56,865 nt of DNA from a virus. The DNA is taken from positions 1-56,865 of IMG/VR virus record IMGVR_UViG_3300023489_000004; one strand, 5' to 3'. Each line of letters begins with the position of its first letter. Position 1 is the first letter of the stretch. The notes beneath the pieces were generated by a model that worked only from the letters and a program-made list of their open reading frames with translations, did no database searches and was not told the origin of the DNA. Below, piece after piece: positions 1-10,048 of the stretch. The position numbers and the translations under genes are program-made.

Positions 1-55
1 TCGGTTCCTTAGCTGGATTCTCCGGTATTGTTGGAGCTGCTGGATTAGACATTGC
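1..55. repeat. Terminal 55-nt overlap, identical to 56811..56865 (circular-assembly signature)
   Basis: Exact identity of the window's first and last 55 nt. The same 55-mer also occurs at 56628..56682 inside the tape measure repeat array. Confidence 0.95.
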
Positions 56-2300
56 AGTTCAATCGCTTAAGCCTGTCGCCGACGCCCTTAATACTTTGGC
101 TCCGTATTCTTGGGATACGTTAAAGTCTGCCGTTGCTGGGATCGGATTATGCTTGACAGAACTTGCCGGTTTATCAGCAATTTCTGGTCTTGGATCTTTG
201 TTTATCACTCTTGGTGGAGCATCGCTTAGTACTGTTACATCTAATCTCGAGTCGTTAGCAAAGGGAATGGCAAAATGGGTTAACATTGGTAAGATCCCAG
301 ATAGCGCTTTCGAAGATCTTAAGAAACTTGGAGAAACCATTCAGTCGTTTAACAACTCCGGAGCTGGCTCGACTGCTATTGATACCGTGGCTAGTTCTTT
401 AGGCGTTATGGCCGATTCGGTATCTAAGTGGTCTAGCGTTACTATTCCTGATGGTTTAGGCGATCAGTTGAAAACTCTTGCTTCCGCATTAAATCAATTC
501 AATGTCGGATTCTTTGTCAGTGGAGGAATTGCTTCCGTAGCCGAACCTCTCGGAACCTTGGCTACTTCTGTATCAAAATGGAGTTCAGTTGTAGTTCCGG
601 AGAACATCGGTACCAGTTTGTCCAATTTGGCTACAGGAGTAAACGCCTTTAGTTTCAGTGGTCTGGCTGGCGGCGGACTCTCGTCTGTGGCTGAGCCTCT
701 CGGAACTTTGGCAAATTCCGTTAAGAAGTGGTCGGACGTAACAATTCCTGACGGATTACAATCCGGGTTACAAGGTCTTGCTACTGGTGTCAATTCCTTT
801 ACTTTCAGTGGTCTGGCTGGCGGCGGACTCTCGTCTGTGGCTGAGCCTCTTGGTAACTTGGCAAAGTCAGTAAAGAAGTGGAATGGTGTCGAGGTTCCTG
901 AAGATATTCAAGGAATGCTTCAGCGTTTAGCTTCCGGCGTTAATGCCTTTACTTTCAGCGGATTTGCTGGTGGAGGAATTAGCGAGATAGTTGAACCTCT
1001 TAAGAGTCTTGCTGGCGCCGTGACAGCTTGGTCTGGTGTTACGATTCCGGAAGGTATTGGAACTGGGCTATCTAGTCTTGCAGCTGGAGTAAACGCGTTT
1101 TCTACGGCACAGACGTCAGCAAGCACTTTATCTTCTGCGGCTAGTGGTCTTAAGACCATGGCTGGCGCTGTTACAACTTTAGGCTCTACAGATCTTAGTG
1201 GTGTTGCGGCAAAAATCAAGGAGTTTGCATCTGCTTTAAAGGATGTCCCAGCTTCTTTGAGCGGTACCGCCGAAGGTGTTGGAACTAGCTTACAGACTGT
1301 TGCTAACGCTATTACTTCAAATTCTGCTTTGATTTCAAACGCGTTTACTACGGTTTTAAATTCCGCTACAACTGCTATTACTAATTCATCTGGTTCATTT
1401 ACCACAGCAGCAAACACTATTACTCAAGGATTTGCTACGGCATTAACTAACGGACTGTCTAATCAGCAAGCAGCAGCTACCACAGCTGTAACATCTATCA
1501 TGGTTGCTATGCGAAATCAGGCGACGTCTAGTGGTGCTGCTTCTCGTACGAATTTCGAGAATGCCGGTAAGGCCATGACTACAGCCCTTAAGCGTGGTAT
1601 TGATAACGGAAAGTCTTCCTGTGTTACTGCTGTGCGTAACGTTGTGAATTCCTGCAAGTCTGCCGTTGATAGTAGTAGCTTCTACAACATTGGTTTGAAT
1701 CTTGCTCAGGGAATGGCTAACGGTATTAATGCTGGAGCCTATAAGGCAATTAACGCAGCCGCTTCCATGGGTGCAAAGGCGGTTCAAGCCACTAAGGACG
1801 CTACCGGCGAGAAATCCCCATCAAGGTTTACTCGTCAAATTGGTGTATTCTTTGTTCAGGGCTTAATCAATGGTATCATTGCTCTTAAGAAGAAAGTTTG
1901 CATGACAGCAGCATCGGTCGGTGACATTGCTGTCGCCAAGATGCAAGATTCTATGTCCGGAGCAACTGCGACTCTTACTCCGGTTATTGATTCGAATAAT
2001 GTTCTTGCTTCCATGAGCAATAAGAGGTTTAAGGTTGATACTCGATTTGTTGGTAATATTACGAATCCTATGAGCAATATGCAAACGGCTATTGAGCAGT
2101 CCAACCTTGAGACAATGAAATCCAACACCCAAGTTCTCAACGCTATCAACGAACTCAACGATAATCTCGGAAGCTACGCTGACGCAGTGGCGAATACCGA
2201 GACTGCCATGTATGTCGATGGCAAGAAACTTGCTTCGTCCATCGCCAAGCCTATGAATCAGCAGCTTGGTGTTCTTTCTAGGAGAGGAGGTCTGGCGTGA
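1..2300 (+). CDS. Tail tape measure protein, C-terminal part (5'-truncated by the window edge; same ORF as 53174..56865 across the circular junction, about 1978 aa in total)
   Basis: Open frame from nt 3 to TGA at 2298-2300. The frame is continuous with the ORF leaving the 3' end once the 55-nt overlap is removed. Contains 50-aa and 61-aa tandem repeats and lies directly upstream of Dit/Tal genes. Confidence 0.9.
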   Translation, partial: GSLAGFSGIVGAAGLDIAVQSLKPVADALNTLAPYSWDTLKSAVAGIGLCLTELAGLSAISGLGSLFITLGGASLSTVTSNLESLAKGMAKWVNIGKIPDSAFEDLKKLGETIQSFNNSGAGSTAIDTVASSLGVMADSVSKWSSVTIPDGLGDQLKTLASALNQFNVGFFVSGGIASVAEPLGTLATSVSKWSSVVVPENIGTSLSNLATGVNAFSFSGLAGGGLSSVAEPLGTLANSVKKWSDVTIPDGLQSGLQGLATGVNSFTFSGLAGGGLSSVAEPLGNLAKSVKKWNGVEVPEDIQGMLQRLASGVNAFTFSGFAGGGISEIVEPLKSLAGAVTAWSGVTIPEGIGTGLSSLAAGVNAFSTAQTSASTLSSAASGLKTMAGAVTTLGSTDLSGVAAKIKEFASALKDVPASLSGTAEGVGTSLQTVANAITSNSALISNAFTTVLNSATTAITNSSGSFTTAANTITQGFATALTNGLSNQQAAATTAVTSIMVAMRNQATSSGAASRTNFENAGKAMTTALKRGIDNGKSSCVTAVRNVVNSCKSAVDSSSFYNIGLNLAQGMANGINAGAYKAINAAASMGAKAVQATKDATGEKSPSRFTRQIGVFFVQGLINGIIALKKKVCMTAASVGDIAVAKMQDSMSGATATLTPVIDSNNVLASMSNKRFKVDTRFVGNITNPMSNMQTAIEQSNLETMKSNTQVLNAINELNDNLGSYADAVANTETAMYVDGKKLASSIAKPMNQQLGVLSRRGGLA
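270..1172 (+). repeat. Six in-frame tandem repeats of 150 nt (50 aa) inside the tape measure gene
   Basis: Protein units xKWSxVxIPxGlxxxLxxLAxGVNAFxFSGxAGGGxSSVAEPLGxLAxSV. A 48-nt exact repeat occurs at 653-700 and 803-850. Confidence 0.9.
572..586 (+). promoter_or_regulatory. Late-region motif copy (ATCAAAATGGAGTTC)
   Basis: Exact 10-mer core ATCAAAATGG. One of 10 copies, all on the + strand and all in the late half. Confidence 0.35.
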
Positions 2301-3187
2301 GTTACCCAGATTTACCCAACAACCGTCTAATTGTAAACGGTGTTGATTTGTCAATTCGTTTTCAGATGGTTTTGTTGGATGGTTACACGCTGGAGCCTCC
2401 TGAGCCTAAGACTTATACGGTTGACATCCCTGGAGGCAACGGAGTCATTGATTTGACCGAGGCGCTTACCGGGGATGTCGCCTACAAGAACCGCAAGCAG
2501 GAATTCACGTTTGCGGTTATCGACGTAAAGAATTTCGAGAAGGTCAAGACTGAGGTAAGCAACTTCCTCCATGGTCGAGCATTCGATTACACCATGACGA
2601 TGGATCCTGGTTATACCTACCACGGACGTTTCTCTGTGGATTCCTATAGCCACGAGGCTTATGCAAATGGCCTTCTCGGACAGTTCAAGATTAAGGTCGA
2701 TGCAGATCCGTATAAGTTGAAAGAGCATTGCGCTTATCGACTTAATGCTACTGGCGGTAATCTGTATCGTTTTGAGTCTGGTAGGCGGCCTGTATACCCA
2801 GTTATCGAAAGCGACGTTGTAACCACAATATCGTTTAATGGAAAAGAAGAAATTGTTCCAGCTGGAACGTATCGATTGAATAACGTTATTTTTAAAGACG
2901 GATATAACGAACTGTACGTTAACAGTAAAGTCCTAGAATATGTTCGTTGGAACGAACTTGAAGAAAACGGAGCTTACGAATCTACTTGGGATTTACTTAG
3001 TTCAATTCGATGGAACGACATTCATAAATTTGCTGTGCCAAACGATGATGCACCACGATGCTGGAACGATTTATTTGAGACTCGTTGGGACGATTTGTCC
3101 GATAAAACATGGAATGATCTGAACTTCGTAATTGGTAATGAAGAGACAAAAGTCGTATATCTAACTTATGACTGGGAGGATTTATAA
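2297..3187 (+). CDS. Distal tail protein (Dit-like)
   Basis: GTG start overlaps the tape measure stop (GTGA). N-terminus LIVNGVDLS...DIPGGNGVIDLT is typical of siphovirus tail family proteins. Gene order is tape measure, Dit, Tal. Confidence 0.7.
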   Translation: MSYPDLPNNRLIVNGVDLSIRFQMVLLDGYTLEPPEPKTYTVDIPGGNGVIDLTEALTGDVAYKNRKQEFTFAVIDVKNFEKVKTEVSNFLHGRAFDYTMTMDPGYTYHGRFSVDSYSHEAYANGLLGQFKIKVDADPYKLKEHCAYRLNATGGNLYRFESGRRPVYPVIESDVVTTISFNGKEEIVPAGTYRLNNVIFKDGYNELYVNSKVLEYVRWNELEENGAYESTWDLLSSIRWNDIHKFAVPNDDAPRCWNDLFETRWDDLSDKTWNDLNFVIGNEETKVVYLTYDWEDL

Positions 3188-3615
3188 TGCCTACACCAAA
3201 TCTTGGGTTGACTACTATTAGCGGAAGCGATTTTGTAAATGCTTCAGTGCTTAGTCAAAATTTTGAAATGCTCGATAAGCTTGGGTATGACTATGTCGTC
3301 GAACAGGGCAAGAGCGGTCAATGGCGATATCGAAAATTCAAAAGCGGAATGGCTGAAGCTTGGGCAAAAATTACGTTCCCGGCAACGACTGCTAGCGGAC
3401 TGCTTCAAAGCGGTGTTACGTTCCCGTTTGCGTTCTCGGAAGAGCCTTGCGTTAGCGTATGTGGCGGCGTAGATTATCATTCTGATTCACATATTTCTTA
3501 TTGCAACACACATGGCGGTGGCACAGCGCTTGACTGTTATTTGTACAAATCGTCGACCGATAACTTGAGTCGATGGGTTTATGTCCATGTCATTGGCATG
3601 GTAAAAGCTTCTTAA
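3187..3615 (+). CDS. Tail/baseplate-associated protein (function unknown)
   Basis: Start overlaps the upstream stop (TAATG). The N-terminal PNLGLTTISGSDFV..N.N...LD pattern resembles tail fibre/baseplate N-termini. Confidence 0.55.
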   Translation: MPTPNLGLTTISGSDFVNASVLSQNFEMLDKLGYDYVVEQGKSGQWRYRKFKSGMAEAWAKITFPATTASGLLQSGVTFPFAFSEEPCVSVCGGVDYHSDSHISYCNTHGGGTALDCYLYKSSTDNLSRWVYVHVIGMVKAS

Positions 3616-3633
3616 GATTTATTTGGAGGTAGC

Positions 3634-6600
3634 ATGGGTTATAGGGTTTTGTATGATAATCAACTGCTTTTCGATCCTTATACGGATGACCGTATAACCG
3701 ATACGAAGCTTTCTTCTAAGCTTAATGCCGCCTCATATTTCGATTTCACTATCTCCTCTACGCATTCTTTATATTCTAAAATTGAAGAGCGAGCAGGAGA
3801 AGTTCGAATCTATTTCAACAATCTTATTCTATTCAAGGGTGAGATTACTAAAATAGAGGAAGACTTTGAGGGGAATTACTCTGTTTCTTGTACGGGCGTT
3901 CTCGATTACTTGACTGCTACTCGAGTTCGTCCGTACTCTACTGTGCAAGGAGAACAACCGCTAACTTGTCCGGCGACAGTTGATGGTTATTTTCAATGGC
4001 TGATCAATCAGCACAATTCTAATTGTCTTGACTCACGCAAGCGTTTCTCAGTCGGTGTGAATCAGGGCAATATGCTTGATAAGAACAATTATATCTATCG
4101 TTCGTCCGAACAGCGTCCAACGACTGCCTCAGAGATTGAGGACAAGATTCTGAATTCTGTTGGCGGTTATCTGTTCGTACGCTATCAGGATGATCTGAAT
4201 ATTCTTGATCTTTACGCTGACGTCCATGATGTCAATACTCAGATTATTGACTACGGTGTCAATATTTTAGATTTTACTAAGACTACTACCGCGGAGACTC
4301 AATATACAGCGGTAGTGGCAACAGGGTATACACCTGACCCCCCTGAAGGTCAAACAGATGTCAAGATGAAGCCAATTACTCTTGAAGGATGCGCTGATGG
4401 TGGTACGCCATACTCTTCGACTATTATCAAAATGGGAGATAGAGTTTATGATGTTGAAGCTGTTGCTCGTTATGGTTATCGAGAGTACTATGTCTCGAAT
4501 ACTGATATCAAGACTCACGACGGCCTTCTTGAGTACGCCTGCAAGACACTTAATACTCTGCTATCTCCTGCTCTCACCATCTCAGTCAGGGCTGTAGACC
4601 TTGCTCTTATTCTTGGCGAGAAGTACCAGCATCTTCAGCTCGGTCAGGCGGTACGAGTTCGTTCTAAGCCCCGCAAGGTAGACGAGTACCTCATGGTTAA
4701 TTCGATCGATCTCGATTTGATGAATCCTGAGAATACTACCTTTGACTTAGGTGCTTCGTATGATACTCTTACCGGCCAGCAGAGTGCATATCTAAAAGCT
4801 CTCAATGCCTCAATCAATGCAAGTCTAGACACAGTCGATGCTCTTGGTGATAATGTTAAGAACTCGGCTAAGCTTGCTCAAGAAGCAAAAGAGAAAGCAG
4901 ATGCTGCTACAGATGCTGCTACAGATGCTGCTGCGAAAGCCGACAAGGTAACTGATATAGCTAACTCAGCTGTAAACAAAGCAGAAAACGCTTCGTCTAA
5001 AGCTGACACGGCTATCTCTACTTCCAATGATACTAAAGCTAAGGTAACTCTTGTTGAAAAGAAGGCTACTGAGGCTAAGAATGCGGCAGATACTGCGAAG
5101 AAGGCCGCTGACGATGCGACAACTGCTGCCAATTCAGCTCAGTCTTCTGCTGAGAAAGCTAATGAGGCTGCATCTAACGCTAATACGGCTGCAAGCAATG
5201 CTCAGTCAACTGCTGATAGTGCTCTAAGCTCTGCTGCTCAGGCAAACAAGGATGTCAGTAACGTCAAGACTCAGATTACTGCGATCAACAAAGAAATGAC
5301 CTCGGTTAAGCAGGATGCTGCTACTCTGCGTGATGATTTGACTGGTCAGATTACCACAGTTAAAGAGACTATGGAAGCTGACTATACAAAGAAGTCCGAG
5401 TTGAGTGCTACCGAAAGTAATCTCAAAACTGAGATTTCCAAATCTGCTGCTGGACTCCGTACTGAGGTTTCTCAGACGTATAGCACAAAGAAAGAGCTCG
5501 AGACTACCACTAAGGCAGCTCAGACGGCTCAATCTACTGCTGACGCGGCTAAGAAAGCAGCTGAATCAAACGCATCTGATTTGGCAAACGCTGTTAGCAA
5601 ATTCGATGGTGACATTTCTGGACTTAAAGATCAGATTGATGGCGCTATTCAGACCTGGTTCTATGATGGCATCCCTAATGCATTGACAGAGCCTGAGGTC
5701 AATTGGACTACCGAGAAAGATCGTCAGACTCATCTCGGAGACCTTTACTACGACAATAAGACCGGATTCTGCTATCGTTACATGAATCAAAATGGGGTCT
5801 ATTCTTGGGCTAGGATTAAAGATACTGAGGTCACTAAGGCTTTGGCTGATGCAGCAACGGCTCAGAACACAGCAAATGCTAAGAAGCGTATCTTTATCGC
5901 CACCCCGAAACCGCCTTACGATATCGGAGACTTATGGGTTCAGGGTTCCACCGGCGATATTATGCGCTGCCAGACTCCCAAGATTGCTAGTCAGGCATAT
6001 ACTGCATCCGACTGGGTTAAAGCGAGCAAGTACACTGATGATACAGCTGTGACTAATCTCTCCAACACCGTTGAGAAGACTTATGCTACCAAGTCAACTG
6101 TGAATCAGCTTAGTGATCGTATTGAGCAGACAGTAAGTAGTGTCGAAGAAGTTCGTACGGATGCTTCTGCTGCAAAGACGACTGCTGATAATGCTAAGAA
6201 GGCCGCTGACGATGCTGCTGCTGCGGCTAACACTGCTCATGAGACGGCTACTGCTGCTCAGACTGCTGCTAATAAGGCACAAGAACATGCTACTAGTGCG
6301 GCTACTGCGGCTTCGACTGCTAAGGCTAATGCTAATGCTGCTCAGACTGCTGCTAACAAAGCTAATGCTGCTCTGAGTGATGCCCAGAAGAATCTTGAAG
6401 ATCTTCAAAATAGGGTCGATGTAACTGATGAGGAGCTCACGGCTGCTAAGAACGCTGTGGCTTCTGCTCAAACTGCTGCTGATGCTGCCAACTCTGCTGC
6501 TAGCAAGGCTAATAAGTTAGCTACGACAGCTCAGTCTACGGCAGACACAGCTAAGCAGAATGCTGCTACAGCTCAGTCCAAGGCTAATGCGGCTGCTAGT

Positions 6601-7902
6601 GCTGCCAGTACGGCACAGAGTACGGCTGATACGGCTAAGGCTAATGCTAAGAAGGCTCAGGATGATGTTGATGCGCTTAAGAACCGTGTAACCCAGGCTG
6701 AGACAAAGATTACGCAGAATAGCGAGGCTATTGCTTTAAGGGCGACTAAGACTGAGGTTACTAGTTCCGTTAATAATGCTTTATCTGAATCCAAAAAATA
6801 CACTGATGCCCAACTAAAGATCACATCTGAATCTATTACGTCAACTGTATCCAAGACATACGCTACCAAAACGGAACTGAGTACTACTAACGGAAACGTC
6901 ACAAAGGCTCAAACCGCTGCTAATACTGCTTCTTCTAATGCTAGTACTGCCCTTTCTACTGCAAATACAGTTAAGAACGACTTGGCGAATTTAAAAATCG
7001 GCGGAAGAAATTTGCTGTTAAATTCAAATTTTCTAAACGGTACTTCTGGGTGGACCACTGAAGGTAATTGTAAAATAAATGTTGGTCCTGCTGGTAGTCT
7101 AGCAGAAGGTAACGCATATGTATTAGTGATCGCTAATACTGGACGTGGTCGAGTATATAATGACTCTCGACCTGACAAGTATCATCTAACGAATACTCAA
7201 TATTCTTTACAGTTTAAGTATAAAACTGAAGATTCTTCACCAGTAACTTTTTACGTAGGCGTTGCAGATACTGGCCTTATTATTGGAAACATAACAGCCC
7301 CGGCGGATAATACTTGGAGAAAATTCACAGCAACGTATACCTCGCCTATGAAGGGATCAGTAACAATTCGCATTACATCTGGAACGGGACGAATTCTGAT
7401 AGGCGTTCCTAAACTAGAATATGGCAATAAAGTCACAGACTGGTCTCCTGCTCCTGAGGATTACTCGACTACGACTGAGATGCACTCCTCGATCAACCAG
7501 ACTGCTGAGTCGATTAAGTCTACAGTAGCCGCTACGTATGTCAATAACGAGACACTATCGAGTTATGCTACTAAGTCTCAGCTTGAACAGACATCCACGT
7601 CTCTGACATCTCGTATTCAGACGACTGAGAAGTCTGTTTCGGGTATGTCTACGACTGTTAAGAATGTCAACGACTATATGACATTCGCTAGGGAGAATAA
7701 CCATCCTACTCTGACAATCGGTAGCTCGTCAAGCTCGTTCCGTACGAAGCTGACCAACACAAGCGAGAAGTTCATGCAGGGCGATCAGACAATCATGGAA
7801 TTGGACGGTGTTACTTCTACGGTGAAAGCTTCTCGAGTGCAAATGGGTCATTATCAATGGCGAGATACGGGTACTTCCATGCAACTGGTTTATATTTCTT
7901 AG
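3634..7902 (+). CDS. Tail-associated (Tal-like) minor structural protein / tail fibre, 1422 aa
   Basis: N-terminus resembles the prophage-tail minor structural protein N-terminal region. Has long Ala-rich coiled-coil tracts (nt ~4880-5230 and 6160-6660). A C-terminal GGRNLLLNSNF..GW segment resembles a carbohydrate-binding module. Confidence 0.8.
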   Translation: MGYRVLYDNQLLFDPYTDDRITDTKLSSKLNAASYFDFTISSTHSLYSKIEERAGEVRIYFNNLILFKGEITKIEEDFEGNYSVSCTGVLDYLTATRVRPYSTVQGEQPLTCPATVDGYFQWLINQHNSNCLDSRKRFSVGVNQGNMLDKNNYIYRSSEQRPTTASEIEDKILNSVGGYLFVRYQDDLNILDLYADVHDVNTQIIDYGVNILDFTKTTTAETQYTAVVATGYTPDPPEGQTDVKMKPITLEGCADGGTPYSSTIIKMGDRVYDVEAVARYGYREYYVSNTDIKTHDGLLEYACKTLNTLLSPALTISVRAVDLALILGEKYQHLQLGQAVRVRSKPRKVDEYLMVNSIDLDLMNPENTTFDLGASYDTLTGQQSAYLKALNASINASLDTVDALGDNVKNSAKLAQEAKEKADAATDAATDAAAKADKVTDIANSAVNKAENASSKADTAISTSNDTKAKVTLVEKKATEAKNAADTAKKAADDATTAANSAQSSAEKANEAASNANTAASNAQSTADSALSSAAQANKDVSNVKTQITAINKEMTSVKQDAATLRDDLTGQITTVKETMEADYTKKSELSATESNLKTEISKSAAGLRTEVSQTYSTKKELETTTKAAQTAQSTADAAKKAAESNASDLANAVSKFDGDISGLKDQIDGAIQTWFYDGIPNALTEPEVNWTTEKDRQTHLGDLYYDNKTGFCYRYMNQNGVYSWARIKDTEVTKALADAATAQNTANAKKRIFIATPKPPYDIGDLWVQGSTGDIMRCQTPKIASQAYTASDWVKASKYTDDTAVTNLSNTVEKTYATKSTVNQLSDRIEQTVSSVEEVRTDASAAKTTADNAKKAADDAAAAANTAHETATAAQTAANKAQEHATSAATAASTAKANANAAQTAANKANAALSDAQKNLEDLQNRVDVTDEELTAAKNAVASAQTAADAANSAASKANKLATTAQSTADTAKQNAATAQSKANAAASAASTAQSTADTAKANAKKAQDDVDALKNRVTQAETKITQNSEAIALRATKTEVTSSVNNALSESKKYTDAQLKITSESITSTVSKTYATKTELSTTNGNVTKAQTAANTASSNASTALSTANTVKNDLANLKIGGRNLLLNSNFLNGTSGWTTEGNCKINVGPAGSLAEGNAYVLVIANTGRGRVYNDSRPDKYHLTNTQYSLQFKYKTEDSSPVTFYVGVADTGLIIGNITAPADNTWRKFTATYTSPMKGSVTIRITSGTGRILIGVPKLEYGNKVTDWSPAPEDYSTTTEMHSSINQTAESIKSTVAATYVNNETLSSYATKSQLEQTSTSLTSRIQTTEKSVSGMSTTVKNVNDYMTFARENNHPTLTIGSSSSSFRTKLTNTSEKFMQGDQTIMELDGVTSTVKASRVQMGHYQWRDTGTSMQLVYIS
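4426..4440 (+). promoter_or_regulatory. Late-region motif copy (ATCAAAATGGGAGAT)
   Basis: Exact ATCAAAATGGGAG 13-mer shared with the sites at 10030 and 50413. Confidence 0.35.
5786..5800 (+). promoter_or_regulatory. Late-region motif copy (ATCAAAATGGGGTCT)
   Basis: Exact 10-mer core, + strand, inside the Tal gene, in a different reading frame from other intragenic copies. Confidence 0.3.
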
Positions 7903-7911
7903 GAGGATCAA

Positions 7912-9426
7912 TTGGCTACTATTTACGGCAACACAACCAATCACTGGCGTTGCTATATTAACACTTGGTCCTCCGAGGATGATGCGTCTGTATCAGCAGG
8001 ACTGACTGTCGGTATTCAGGATTGCGGTTGGGGTTTTCAAATCTGGACTGGTATTGTCGGACATGCTAGCGCTAACGGTAGTGACTCCGAGGTTAATACA
8101 GCCTTCAGCACCCCGACCGGCTCTTGGAATACGAAGGATATTACTTCTGCTTCTCAGAGATTTGTTAAGAAGCATAACGCTTACGATGTTACTCTATCAG
8201 GATGGGTGCGAAACCAGTCCGGTTACATGAACGGCACAAGTTCTGCAAGCCAGACAATCACTATCCCAGCAGTTGCACATCATTACGTCAGCTTCGATGC
8301 AAATGGCGGAACTGGAGGCCCTAGCAAGGTTGACAAGTGGTATGGAGAAGATCTTAGTATACCGTCTCAGAAACCGACACGTGCTAATTATGAGTTTCTT
8401 GGTTGGAGCAAAACCTCTACTGGTACAGCTGTGTATCAACCAGGTCAGACCTACTACGGTACTCCTGATGCTGACTATACTCTATATGCAGTATGGAAAC
8501 TTCTATACATCCTGCCTAAGTTTACCAATGGTCTGGCTATCCGTACCAACTCAATGACGTCTACGACTCCAGATTACTCAGGCGGTTACTGCTATGCCAG
8601 CTTTGCTTACAAGGTAGACACGACTATCTATCCGAGCAATGTTGCAAAATCTATCGTGTGCAGATACTATCAAAATGGAAGTACTACCGGTGTAGTAGTG
8701 ACTCCTACTGGAGATCTTAATAAGGCGTCTGGTACGATTAATGTCCATTTTGCAGCGTCAATCAACTCGGCATATTACATTGAGTGTACTTTGACAGATA
8801 CTAAGGACGGAACAGCAACCATCGCTCGATCCATTACGACAGGAGTTCTACCTATGGAAGTTGCAAACAGAGGAAAGTCGGTCGGCATTCTAAGTGCTGC
8901 TCCGAAAACTGCTGGGTTACAGCTCGGTGGTTCTGGCAATCCAGATTTTCTTATCGCTGCCGATACGACAAATAACCAACAGGAGTCGATGGCTCAGATT
9001 CACGGTAGTACGTCTTCAACCGGTCAAGGTGAGTTGACTCTAAGTACGCAGGGCACAGATTCGAGAGGCAATGTCGCACGGGGGAGTATTAATCTCGTAG
9101 CGGATAGTGTAAAACTTAATGGAAGTCCGATCATTTTAAACAATTTAAAAATTGTTTCCGGCACAAGAGTACTTAATGCGCCAGGAGGAAACTCATTTGA
9201 GTTTATGTCGCTAGATTACATAAAATCGAAGTTTGGGATTGAATATTCTGTAGATAGAACAATTCTTCTCGTAAATAATGGTGATAGCGACGCCAATAGT
9301 GTACACATTGAAGGCGTTTCTTATGTAAACTCGCATAAAAGTTTATGGTGTGTTACGGATAGAAGCATGTCTGGTCTGGTACGAGTAAATTTCATTATGT
9401 TCCATAATCTTGAAACTCCAGTATAA
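7912..9426 (+). CDS. Tail protein with Listeria-Bacteroides repeat (receptor-binding candidate)
   Basis: TTG start 5 nt after AGGAGG. The segment VSFDANGGTGG...YEFLGWSKTSTGTAVYQPGQTY...YTLYAVW matches the Listeria-Bacteroides (Flg_new) repeat pattern. Confidence 0.6.
   Translation: MATIYGNTTNHWRCYINTWSSEDDASVSAGLTVGIQDCGWGFQIWTGIVGHASANGSDSEVNTAFSTPTGSWNTKDITSASQRFVKKHNAYDVTLSGWVRNQSGYMNGTSSASQTITIPAVAHHYVSFDANGGTGGPSKVDKWYGEDLSIPSQKPTRANYEFLGWSKTSTGTAVYQPGQTYYGTPDADYTLYAVWKLLYILPKFTNGLAIRTNSMTSTTPDYSGGYCYASFAYKVDTTIYPSNVAKSIVCRYYQNGSTTGVVVTPTGDLNKASGTINVHFAASINSAYYIECTLTDTKDGTATIARSITTGVLPMEVANRGKSVGILSAAPKTAGLQLGGSGNPDFLIAADTTNNQQESMAQIHGSTSSTGQGELTLSTQGTDSRGNVARGSINLVADSVKLNGSPIILNNLKIVSGTRVLNAPGGNSFEFMSLDYIKSKFGIEYSVDRTILLVNNGDSDANSVHIEGVSYVNSHKSLWCVTDRSMSGLVRVNFIMFHNLETPV
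8669..8683 (+). promoter_or_regulatory. Late-region motif copy (ATCAAAATGGAAGTA)
   Basis: 15-nt identity with the copy at 51775. Confidence 0.35.
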
Positions 9427-9447
9427 ACACAAATAAGAAGGTGAAAA

Positions 9448-10029
9448 ATGTTTTACGGCAATCTTGTAAATGATATGGTAATCCTTACGCCGGATTTATC
9501 TACCGGTCGTCCTATTATAGAGGTCGATCCGCCTACGAATATTCCGACAGGTTACCATGCTGAGTCTCGATTCCGAGACAACGGCAGTTCTATTACCCAG
9601 GTTTGGGATGTTGTACCCAATGCTGGTACTCCTCAGGATGCTGCTATCACGCTTGCTATGATGCAGGCTGAGAAATTGTCTGACGATGAGGCTCTGAAGG
9701 TACCCGCCCTCTATCCCGAGTGGACCGGTAATTCGGTGGTATATCCTGTAGGTACTCGAGTTCTATATAACGGCACTTTGTATAAGGCTCTGGAGACTCA
9801 TACCTCGACTTCTACCACGTCACCGATCGACAGTCCCCAGAATTGGGTTAAGGTACTTCCTTCCTCTTCTGGCGAGACGGCTCCAGAGTGGGAGAATGGG
9901 AATATCTACAACAAAGGTGACCGAGTAAGCAAGTACGGTAATATTTATGAGTCTACCATAGACTCCAATACCTACGAGCCTGGTGTCTTTGGTTCTGAAT
10001 CTGCTTGGACTCAGATCACCCAATCCTAA
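9448..10029 (+). CDS. Tail accessory protein with two CBM5/12-like carbohydrate-binding repeats
   Basis: Two W..G..Y..G..V.Y.G..Y....H......P....W-type segments (YPEWTGNSVVYPVGTRVLYNGTLYKA...NWVKV and APEWENGNIYNKGDRVSKYGNIYES...AWTQI). Confidence 0.5.
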   Translation: MFYGNLVNDMVILTPDLSTGRPIIEVDPPTNIPTGYHAESRFRDNGSSITQVWDVVPNAGTPQDAAITLAMMQAEKLSDDEALKVPALYPEWTGNSVVYPVGTRVLYNGTLYKALETHTSTSTTSPIDSPQNWVKVLPSSSGETAPEWENGNIYNKGDRVSKYGNIYESTIDSNTYEPGVFGSESAWTQITQS

Positions 10030-10044
10030 ATCAAAATGGGAGTA
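10030..10044 (+). promoter_or_regulatory. Late-region motif copy (ATCAAAATGGGAGTA), intergenic, immediately upstream of the endolysin gene
   Basis: Follows the upstream stop codon directly. GG lies 9 nt before the ATG, the same geometry as the copy at 50413. Confidence 0.4.
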
Positions 10045-10048
10045 AATC

